Below, in pieces: positions 53,691 through 64,000 of a DNA stretch of 64,000 nt (position 1 is its first letter; each line of letters begins with the position of its first letter). The notes beneath the pieces were generated by a model, which made no database searches, had not been told where the DNA came from, and saw only the letters and a program-made list of their open reading frames with translations. Origin of the DNA: Octopus bimaculoides (taxonomy: Eukaryota); NCBI RefSeq assembly GCF_001194135.2, contig NC_068981.1, positions 76,602,606 to 76,666,605 on the forward strand, given 5' to 3'. Position numbers and translations under genes: made by a program.

Positions 53691-55405
53691 CTAGAAGTAT
53701 AGCCCGGCGTTGCCCGGGATTAAGCTAGGATCATTAAGTGATTAAGTGCTTTATTTCAAACCAAAATAAGTAACATCGACATCAGATTTGAGCGAAATCC
53801 GTTGAAATTGGTTTGGCTGAAAATGGTTTGCTGGCAATTTGATTGGGAAATTCCATAAGGAATTAGTTTATCGGTTATTTCCACTCATTGACTGTTTTTT
53901 TAAAAGTTGCATTAGAGGTCTACATAGGAGAAGGTTGATCTGAAGGTTTGCATTGGGAATCTGGATTGGAGTAACTTGGGAAAACTTACCAACAGCCTTA
54001 ATCCAAAAATAAGGAGCCTGTCCCTTCTAGGTTAACTCAATGAACAACTTAGCCAGTTACTGATATTAGCCGAGTGAGCATTGTTGTTAGAGAAGTCAGT
54101 ATTGTCCAATAAAAAAGAGGAAGAGTTCATAAGTCATGTTGCCATGGTTTGAGAATATGTCCGGCCAATGCTTCCGGATCACTGTTTATAACTACGTCGG
54201 CTGCAATGACAACTTGTCTATAAAACTTCTCTATAGACAACATTGCGTGTTCTGCCCTGAGAAGCATACACAAAAAGAGCGTTTCTACTACCCACACAGG
54301 AGCAGGCCACATAAAGTTGCCCGTGTGAAAAGCATGTCTCCCCCAAATGGATGCCTGCCACTGCTGTGTTGAAATCCTCGGAATTTCACTCCCCCCACAC
54401 ATTGATCTTTTTACCATCTATTTTTCAATGTACAGGAAAAATACGGAGAATAAGAATATGGATAAATTGTTTTTTTTAATTTTAAATTTACCATGAAAAA
54501 CTCCAGCTAAATTTTTAGATAACACTAGCACAATTTTCACTAAGAAAAAAAAAATCGAATTTTTTGCGTGGAATCAAATATCCTGGCCTGCTAATATGCT
54601 ACAAAACCCTTTTTGTGGTCCGAAAAGCCGGTTGGGGTGTGGTGGAAGCCTCGGAAATTTTACCCATTTATATTGTGTAATTCACTGACAAATTGTTACG
54701 TACCTCTTTGTTTCATTGTTGTTAAATAAATAGATTGCCGATAAACTTTTTTCTTCGGCGTGAAATATAAACAAAACTCTTTCGCTCCCAAAATATGTGT
54801 GTGTGAGAGAGTGAGAGGGGGGAGAAAGATGAACGATTTAAAATAAATATATTTTAATTGTTGTGTGAGAAAGTATATATAATCTCATTATGAAATATAG
54901 TATCTTTCAAAAACATCCTATATTTGAAACTATATCTCATGTTTAAGAAAAAAATGCATTTTACGCTAACACTCTGTCTTCCTTACTCACACCTACCTTT
55001 TCTTTCGTTAGACGCTTTCTGTCTCCCTCTCACACTTTTTCTTTACTTTTTTTTTTGTTAGACGCTGGCAAAAAATCTCTAACTCTCCTTCACTCTCCCT
55101 TTGACACACACATACATCAACACACAATTTATCTCTCTCCCTCACACGCATACACTTTTCACTTCGCCATGTTAGCAAACTTCAAAATTGGTAAAAGTTA
55201 TGGTTCAAAATCAATTTTTACAGCTATACGCGGGTGCCTCTGAGAGAAAAAAAATTGACAAGTTGACTAAAATGCAGATAGGGTCATGACGAATGTCCTA
55301 AAATTGGAGCGACATGCGTGCTAATTTGTGGACGTGCATAAATTACATTCACGTACACACACGCTCACACGCACGCACACACATCCTGCCTTTTATATAT
55401 ATAGA
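53691..55405 (-). mobile_element. non-autonomous Helitron with intact termini
   Basis: Minus strand: 5' A|TCTATATATATAAAAG; 3' hairpin CCCGGGCAACGCCGGG, then CTATACTTCTAG|T; helicase fragment inside. Confidence 0.92.
54218..54382 (-). pseudogene. Helitron RepHel PIF1-like helicase C-terminal fragment
   Basis: VAGIHLGETCFSHGQLYVACSCVGSRNALFVYASQGRTRNVVYREVL* matches the FSHGQLYVAxSRV motif; no ATG, so it is absent from the ORF track. Confidence 0.9.
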
Positions 55406-58400
55406 TTAACTCGGTGACAAAAATTTCGCCTTGGTGCAATGACAAATAACACTACATGTCTTCAATAACATTTCGTCTCCAACTGTGAAATCTGTATAAA
55501 GGGATACAACGAATTTCAAAATAGTATAGTTTTGTCTTATCAGAAGCTATGTGATTTTTCTTTGAATTAGCAACATCTCTTTGTTAGCGTTTTCTTACAT
55601 AGACACAAACCTACTTACTTTGAGAGGAAAGCAATCTGTTAAATCGTATCCACTTCTTGAATTATCTAAAATGCAGCAGTTAAACCTGACGTAGGCGGGA
55701 TAAGAACGTAAAGCTCAAAAGAATGTAACTAAATACTGTAAGGTATTTTGGGCAATTATATATTGAGTTTGCCATCTACTTTATTCAATGATAACGATTT
55801 CTAGCGTATACTCAAGGGTTCATATTTTAGAAAAGCTACCGTCCAGCTTTTATTTTATCGACCTGGGGAAGGTGAATGACTGTTAGCCGTGCTATGATAT
55901 GATATTACAACACAAAGAAGCATTATTAAATACCACCATTATGTTTCTCTTCTGGTGTTCTACGGAGTCTGACAATATTCCGACCTATCATCTTGCTCAT
56001 TCTAATATTAAGAAAGAAACTTATAGGTGATAAGCTTACGATCAATAAGTTGCATTGTAATTGAATGTAATATTGCTATAACGAAAAAAGATACTCATGG
56101 TCATTCAAACTGTTATAATGAGCCACCAAATCTCATTCAAGTAATATTATTGTTTAAGTAAGAAAAAAATGGTCTGACAGGAAAATGTGACACTGGGCGC
56201 AGTCTATCAGAAAGAAAGACGAAAGAACTACAGACTACTATATTTTGTGATTTTATTTCATGCATTTCGTGTCTTATGGTGTCGTTGATTATTGGTTACT
56301 AACAAGCCAATCACTGAAATACAGACTGCAAGAATGAAAGATCGGTGTCTGTAGAACTCATCGTTTGATCATAGATTTGCTCAGTCAGCGTGAAATTGAT
56401 CTAAACAAGTAGAAGAACGTCTGAAATTCAAATACATATCAAATTTTAAAATACAATTAACATTACAAATATAAGGAAGAGGTGTATATCTGTAGACACT
56501 CAATCAAATTTCACAGTTCAGTGGTCGTTATACTTAAATTACCAGTGAAGAGAAGTATCTTCGAATGTCGTCTTGTGTTCTGTCATTCGAAGTCAAGTTT
56601 TAAGGAAATATACATTGAGTCCAAGTAAATTCCTTAACATTTTAATGAATGTTATACATCTTGAGATATAATTTTGAGATGTCTTCTTGCAAAACTGTTT
56701 GAAATGGATGAGTTCATATGAACGAGGAAGATATTTTGAACGAAATGTATACACTCGATGCACTTCCTACCACAGTGCCGCATACAAAAGGAAATCCTAT
56801 ACTGTAAGTAAGCATGTAGTATATGTTTATATTGATTACTTTTAAAAGCTGTATTGTTGCTAAACATTGTATCTTGATTGCAGTAAAATTTTGCTTGGCA
56901 GTGATTTAGTGTCAAAATAAATAAGTTTAATTTTTTAAAAAACATGTAATAGCGTCATAGAAAAATGCAAGAAAGCTAGTTTCCAGCTTATCATTCTTAT
57001 ATTGTAGCTTTGTCTTCCATAATAATGTTCTCAGAAAGATTTTGTTTTCTCAGCACTACAGAATGAAATAAGGAACACCTAATATATTTTAAAGTTAATT
57101 TCGGATTTGTTTCAGAAGAGAAAATTAAATAGAATAAATCAATATTTTTTATACTAACGCTTCTCTACTATGACTGATTCCAATTCCAGGATTGTAAGAC
57201 TGGTTTTAAAGAAATGAATTGAAACATTGCTCGCACTTTCATTTATATGAAAGATTTTCAAGTAAATAGTCACACAGAAACTTGAATGAAAATATTTTGA
57301 TTTTGATAAAATTCTCCGGATTTTATGAAAGAAAAATCCTTTTCATACAGCGTTGGTCGAGGTTTAATGTCAAGAAACGAAAATCATAGAAATTTCAAGT
57401 GTCTTATTTCTACTTTCATAAAAATAGAATTCTTCATAATATTCTTTCGTTCTCCAAAAGATTCGACTTATGTCTCTCGATTTCTCTTACAGTTGCCGCC
57501 TTCTCCTATTAACAGCTATTACCTCTTCCTTCTTTGTGCTGTCTTACTGTCCGTCAGTTTGACAATAGCAGATAAGTATAACAATTGAGGTCACACTGAG
57601 GTTACTTCCCTTCAAATGCGTAACACGCGTTGTGACAAGCAGAATAATATTATAAGCCATTTGAACGTGTTATACAATACTGATGTATGATGGATATCAA
57701 AAGGAAACCTGCAGAGGGAAGCTTTTGTGATTAGAAAGAAGATTTCGGTGTTTGTTTTGATAACGGGAAAAGCATAAATTCTCGGTCGATTATTTGCAGT
57801 TAGGCTTTGAATAGCTTCTTGATTTTGCTATATTTTATGAATAATTGATTCAAAACTTCACGAAAAAAATTGTTACCGAGCATTGTGATATATTTACTGT
57901 TCTCGTTGCAAAAAGAAAATTATGAAATGAAATAGCAACTTCAATTCAATCACAAGCTTAACTGAAATTCTATTTAAAAAATGAAGATAATCCTTGTGGT
58001 ATTAAACGAGTGAGAAAATATATAATTGAACATTTAAGTTCTGTTAAACTAGAAATCAGCAGATATCTCTAAAACATCAATAAAATATCCAATTCTGGAA
58101 TTTTACAGAAATCCCTAATCAATAAGTACAATAAACATTCCCGGAGCTTTAGCAAGAGCAAGAAATCAATCTCAGTTTTGATAGTTTTTCAGAGTAATTT
58201 CTCAACGATGAGCTTTGATGATTTAGATATCAAATATAAAAATTTAAACAGCATTGATAGCAACTGGTTTCTAAATTTATGATTATGTTTGCTTCAACAT
58301 GTGTGTGTGTGAATCTTGTTTTCCGTTTTCAGTAATACAATAAGAAATTTATTATGCATTGAAGTCGATTAAAACCAGAAAACAAGGTGTGTTCTAACTA

Positions 58401-58869
58401 TATTGCACCTAAATCTCAACAAATTTAATGAAAAATATCAGTATCAGACATCTCATTAATAATATTTAATTAAGTAAATTCAAAATTTAAATCCTGTAGC
58501 TTTATAAAATATATACTGATTTTTTTAATTATAACAAAATTAAGATTAGACTAGCAGATTTATTTTTAAATAAATTCGCATTGAAATGAATACTAATTAG
58601 ATTTTTTAGACATAATATTATAAATCTGATAATTATACTAGAATATTCTAACTATATCTAACAAACATAACATTAAATACTGTTTAGTAACTATTTCATA
58701 TGTTGTAATAGTCATCAAGATATCGAATGCATTCTGTTACTTTAAGAGGTATATTGAACCAGAAAAGAATGGGAATCTGAGGAGGAATCTAATAATTTTT
58801 GCTTGTAGAACGATATAAACACGTGTATGCTTACATACATAGATGTGTGTGTATGTCTGCTGAAGGGTT

Positions 58870-58897
58870 TTATCTATGTGTGGTTGTGTGTTTGTGT

Positions 58898-58933
<36 letters not shown>

Positions 58934-58951
58934 GTGTGTGTGTGTGCATGT

Positions 58952-58999
<48 letters not shown>

Positions 59000-59030
59000 T
59001 TGTGTGATTCTGTGTGTGTATGTGTGTGTA
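58870..59030. repeat. (GT)n microsatellite
   Basis: Directly visible. Confidence 0.9.
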
Positions 59031-60374
59031 TATGCAATGGTGTAGTATAGTTGATCTTCAGGAACTGCTGATAAAATTTTGATGTCAGACTCAATATTTA
59101 CTTTCTTAGGGATATCTTTTATCTATGTTGCATTCAGAAATTTTCTTTTTTTCTGAAGCTTTAGGTTCTTATTCATTTGACTGAAACCATCCATCATACG
59201 CGTGAGGCATGTTCTCTTAAGGGAATATTACATAAAGTGAACACAGTATACATATTTCTGGTATTTTTGATCTTTATAATTTGCATATATGGGAGATAGT
59301 TTTATCGATTGAGGCCATGCATTGCTTTCAAACAACGACTATGGAATGTACACGAGCCATGTTTCTCTCTTTGATAAATGAACGAGTTATCAGTCATATA
59401 GTACACTGAACGGTTACACCATAAAGACGTTGATTTAGATATCGATGAACAAAGCTTGGTTCTCCTGCGTCCACTTCGATAATTGTTCAAAGGTGATAGC
59501 TATTTTGTTTGAGCACACATCTGTTACCAGAGACATTTTATCTTGCTAACAATTGATCTAAGATTAAACACATTTGTTACGGTAAATAGTGATGTTTTTG
59601 TTGTTGTAGGTGTCGTTGCTATTGCTGTTTTATTGCTTGTCTTATCGCATACATTATATTTAAATGCTTTCCAGCTGTGACCATCTTATTTTCCCATGTT
59701 ACCTAATATGGTCTTCTTTCTTTTTTACGAATGTACAGTATAGTGTGAGGAAGAATTAGCTGCTACTTCTTGCTTAGCCACGTTTATTATGAAGTGCGAA
59801 TATATTCTGAATGAGCACCACATTAGGTACTAGTTAGGGAATAAAAAATGAGACGGTTTATGGGATCCGTTGGTTAATTAAGTTCTTGATATTATACAAT
59901 TACCTTTACATTACGAACATCAGGAGTTTATTTCCCGAAGAGTAGATTCGATGTTTTCTCGTTTGTGCGAAACGGGCGTGAATGTTAAATAAATTCAGAG
60001 ACGTAAATTTTAGTTATTCATTCATATCAGCAAAACTGGTAATGCGCAATTGGCAAACGAATACACTTAAGTATAACGTCAAATATAAAAAGCGGAATAC
60101 TATTTATATATGTAGGCTTATGTTAAGTTGGTACAACCACACGCACACAACACAAACACATGCACTCGCACTCACAAAAATATATGAACATCATGAAATA
60201 TTACACACCATCTGCCTACCAACATCAGATCGCAATATGCTGGTCCACCCGAAGTGATGGTAGCAACATGTTCTCATGTTGCACGCTTCTCGATCGAACT
60301 CAGAAACATGTGCTTCAACAGCAAAATTCTTAATCATATAACTATATTTAAATGTAATAGTATTCTGATTGTCT

Positions 60375-62100
60375 CTGGGAGATATGATCTTATTCTGCTA
60401 ATGCAGATTTCAAAATTACGGTTAAAGTGTACGCGAAGAGATAGGTGCTTGCAGTCGAAAATGTGATGCGGGGCAGGGAAATATGTACCACACGAAGCAG
60501 ATCTATTCGCAACAGCCTTCAGCTCATGTAGTATACCACAGACATGGTAGGGAAAGAACCTAGCGTGATTGGATCCCCTGAGCTCACCAATCTTTAGCGG
60601 CTCTTCTCACGGCGGCTGATTTCAGTTACACCTTTTGCGGTTGGATTGCTGCAATATAGAGTGACTTCTTTGTGGCAGTTCAGATGAACTGCTAGAAGCA
60701 TTCAGTATCATGCGTACGATCGGTCCGTGAATGTTGTTTCCCTTCGTCTCTCCGGTACTTACTGAATCTAGAGCCACTATTGCTGAAAATGGTGAGGTTA
60801 AGCGGTGTCTTGCTCGAACTAAAACATGGGAGAAATCATGTCACCATAAGTAGATGACAGCTCCGTCATATTATCGGGCACCAGGTAGATAAACCTGATC
60901 AGCACTACTCTAGAGGAATACGATGCTGTGACAGAAGCAAAAATCAACCAAGAAAAGTCAGTTAGCCTGCAGCTCGGTAACTGGAAAGGCAGTTCAATCC
61001 CGTCCAGTGTAGCCCGATGGGACATTGGACGGATGGATCTGTTAAATTGCTCGGAATTTAGCTTAGTTCAGGTCTTCAAATGGAGAAGAACTAGAATAAA
61101 GTGATGACCAGAGTGCCTAATCTCAGCCAGAAATTGGCAAAGAGAACGCTACCCCTTAAAGATCAAACTGAAGTGGTGAAAGCACACATCGCTTTCGTCA
61201 TATATTACTGCCTAACCATCGTGCTTTGCCTCAGTTCATGTACAACCAGCCTGGGGCGCCTACTCTTCCGCTTTCTGTAAAACGAATGCGTTCTAAAGGT
61301 CCGCTACTTCATTTGTTGTCAACATTTGCTGAGTGAAGTGGATATGCCGTATTTGATGATGCATAGACGTACACTGAGGCGTTTCTTTGTTAGTGAGCAG
61401 ATGTCATTGTTATTTGTCACACTTGCTTTTCCTCAGTTAGTTTCTCTAGCAGAGTTGCAGTCTTAGATTAACCACAAACCGAAGCAGGGCACCTGGCAAC
61501 TGGAGTGCCATCAGATGCGCACTACCCTCTGCCAGACTGTTGGCTCAGTCTATTGTGAATATCTTCCCGTCGCCTTTCTTTGGATAGGAACACAGGTAGT
61601 GTTTATCTGTCTTATGGCCTTAGATAAAATGTGGTGGACCAGATTGAAAGGGCTGAAGACTGAAAACTTCTTCTTTTAGCCATGTCTTTACCGACTTCCT
61701 AAATTTTCACTTCGAAAGGAAAGTGAAAGTGTAGAGTTAAATGCTGCTTTCCAGCAAATTTGTTGAAAGTTGGGTGAATGTCGCAAGGGTGACCCANNNN
61801 NNNNNNNNNNNNNNNNNNNNNNNNNNNNNNNNNNNNNNNNNNNNNNNNNNNNNNNNNNNNNNNNNNNNNNNNNNNNNNNNNNNNGTAGTCAGAATGCCCC
61901 TGGACTCGTAAGATTCCCATGGGCAACTTTTGGAATCTTTCGACTTTGGGTATATGTTTTTCTTATTACAATATTTTTGTTTCATTGTTTTTATTAATTT
62001 AATTTTGTTAATTTAATGTTTACACTCTTCACGTCATCTCATATTGTATTGTATCGCCCTGTACCCTTTTAGATCCTTGTGTAATACTTAGAGTTTAATG
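60375..62100 (+). mobile_element. decayed L1/Tx1-type LINE RT region and probable 3' end
   Basis: NADFKITVKVYAKR, RSIRNSLQLM, LEPLL and EYDAVTEAKINQEKSV.LQLG.WKG; many stops. Confidence 0.8.
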
Positions 62101-62113
62101 AAGATATTGTCAC

Positions 62114-62133
62114 CGTCGTCGTCGTCGTCGCTA

Positions 62134-62164
<31 letters not shown>

Positions 62165-62169
62165 CGTCG

Positions 62170-62218
<49 letters not shown>

Positions 62219-62250
62219 AATGATAATAAAAATAATAATAATAATCATCG
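62114..62250. repeat. compound (GTC)n(ATC)n(AAT)n microsatellite
   Basis: Directly visible. Confidence 0.9.
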
Positions 62251-62253
62251 TCA

Positions 62254-62470
62254 ACGTGTTGAGCTGTCAGAAGGATAGAGCGTTGGAAAAAATGTTTTGC
62301 AGAATTTCGTCAAGCATTTTAAGTTCTGATTTCAAATCTCGCCTAGGTCAATTTTAACGAGGTCAACATTATTTTGGGATCAGTCAAATAGAGTACCATT
62401 CAAGTGCTGCGTCTGATGTAATCGAATAATCCCCTTCTCTAAAGTTGCTGGTCTTGTACCAAAAGTAGAA
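62254..62470 (+). mobile_element. old SINE family A copy
   Basis: GAGCTGTCAGAA head, TTCTGATTTCAAAT, GAGTACCATT..GATGTAATCGA. Confidence 0.65.
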
Positions 62471-62491
62471 TTATTTTTACTGCTATTGCAG

Positions 62492-62492
62492 C

Positions 62493-62554
<62 letters not shown>

Positions 62555-62620
62555 AGCAGCAGCAGCAGCAGCAGCAGTAGCAGTAGTAGTAATAGTAGTA
62601 GTAGTAGTAGTAGTAGTAGT
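62492..62620. repeat. compound (TAG)n(CAG)n microsatellite
   Basis: Directly visible. Confidence 0.9.
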
Positions 62621-63361
62621 ATGCTTATATCCTTTCTATCCCAATTCTGAGTTGACTGCGTCGAGGCACCTGCCCCACCGTACAAGTAAGCAGCACGAAA
62701 GGTTTGTAGAAGCGTGAAAGAAGTTTATAATTCTGGACGCTCTAAAGGTTATACCTGGATTTCTCTTTCCAGTGTGTGGAGAATTGTTAAACATATTATG
62801 GATGATTTGACTACAAGGTTTTCATGGTTAAATTATATGAGACAGTATAATCAGCAATTTGAAACAGGGAAACAAACGGCTTTGCGCTTGTTAATTTAAT
62901 ATTTGCTCGTTTATAAGAAGACCGTATTATTATTCTTTTGGTTTATTTCCCTACTGGCATTGGCAATTCAGACGGACACCAGTTGCTTGTAGTCGCCGTG
63001 GCATTATACATATTTTAATAAAACAGTGATTTATGGAAAACAAGCAGTACTCCAACTAAGCATTATACCATCACGAAACAAATTGTAAGGTGCAGTTGTG
63101 TTTGCAGCAGTGCCTTGTTTAATATAGTGAAATTATTTAAATAGATGGAGCCGATGAAATTTCTGTGTTTTGCCCTTGGACTCTACATATGAGACGCCGA
63201 TATATCGCTTATCAAGATGACCAATTCCTGATACAATTTATACATAAAAACATACTCAAATACTTGCACATACAAGCTCTCACATATACACAAATGACGC
63301 AGGCGTGGGTGTGTTCTAACAAGGTAGCCTCCTAAGATATCTTGTCTTTTACTAAAGCCTC

Positions 63362-63395
<34 letters not shown>

Positions 63396-63404
63396 TATAT
63401 ATAT

Positions 63405-63700
63405 TTATTTATTTATTTAATTTGCAAGATTTTTGATGTGAAATCGTGTGCTGAAACAGATGTTGTTGTATTTGGGGATGGTCATATTGCCAGTTTAGCC
63501 AATAAAACACACGCACTGTATATTTGGTGTTAATTTGCTTCAGTTTTATATTACATTACATTACATTAATCCTATATCGGCCAGAGTTCTTTCGTTACAC
63601 TTCTGTGACCTCATCAGTGGTCCTTTGCTTTCTTCTTTCTTATGTGAGTCCCACCTTGCTAACTATCAGCCATTTTGTATTTTGTATTCCTAGTGTATGT
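63405..63700 (-). mobile_element. putative Penelope-like terminal repeat / retrozyme-like unit (limits uncertain)
   Basis: Contains an intact-core hammerhead; no coding capacity seen; boundaries guessed from flanking simple repeats. Confidence 0.45.
63579..63623 (-). ncRNA. type-I hammerhead ribozyme motif with intact core
   Basis: GGACCA-CUGAUGA-GGUCAC(AGAA)GUGUAAC-GAA-AG(AA)CU-C-UGGCC; core CUGAUGA/GAAA, CUC cleavage triplet. Confidence 0.72.
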
Positions 63701-64000
63701 GTCTACGCATGTGTATCTCTCTATGTTTGTCTATGTTTTGTAAGTGCATGTGTGTTATGGGGAGTGCCTGTATTATCTATATCCTCTGTTAATACATGTT
63801 CGTTTATTTTTGTTTTTACTTATTTATTTGTTCATGTGTTTATATCTACTTCTTTCTTTTGTGCTTTTTTTTGTATTTAATTTAATTTTGTTAACGTATG
63901 TAGTATTTAATTCCATTTGTTTATCTATGTATTGTATTATATTTTGTTCATATTGTTATCGGTTTATGAGAAATTTATTGTCATATGGTGTGGTTTGTTG

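Noticed and set aside
54127-54417. Overlapping 96-aa (-) and 78-aa (+) ORFs as novel or captured genes
   Set aside because: They are shadow frames; the third minus-strand frame is the Helitron helicase C-terminus.
62652-62899. Micro-exon DCVEAPAPPY and the 61-aa ORF
   Set aside because: Unfavourable GAG acceptor, non-ATG start and no homology recognised.

Overview
AT-rich, microsatellite-dense eukaryotic draft scaffold with many N gaps. The SINE, LINE and microsatellite content suggests an Octopus-type cephalopod genome (inference). I cannot confidently call any host protein-coding exon; most long ORFs in the track are artefacts of N gaps and dinucleotide repeats. The window is mostly layered mobile DNA: two tRNA-headed SINE families plus a short tRNA-SINE; L1/Tx1-type LINE pieces (APE endonuclease at 13.8-16.6 kb, RT at 60.4-62.1 kb); a Dong/R4-type LINE at an (AAT)28 tract; decayed RLE- and CR1-type LINEs; Tc1/mariner remnants and MITEs; foldback elements; a non-autonomous Helitron with intact ends and a helicase C-terminus; and Penelope-like (PLE) termini. 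Most interesting: (i) five minimal type-I hammerhead-ribozyme-like motifs in PLE-like termini, all on the minus strand, one (63.6 kb) with an intact catalytic core; (ii) a Tx1-type LINE sitting inside the tRNA-like head of a SINE; (iii) several local templated or inverted duplications and long hairpins. All alignments and folds were done by eye; no database search was run and many boundaries are approximate.
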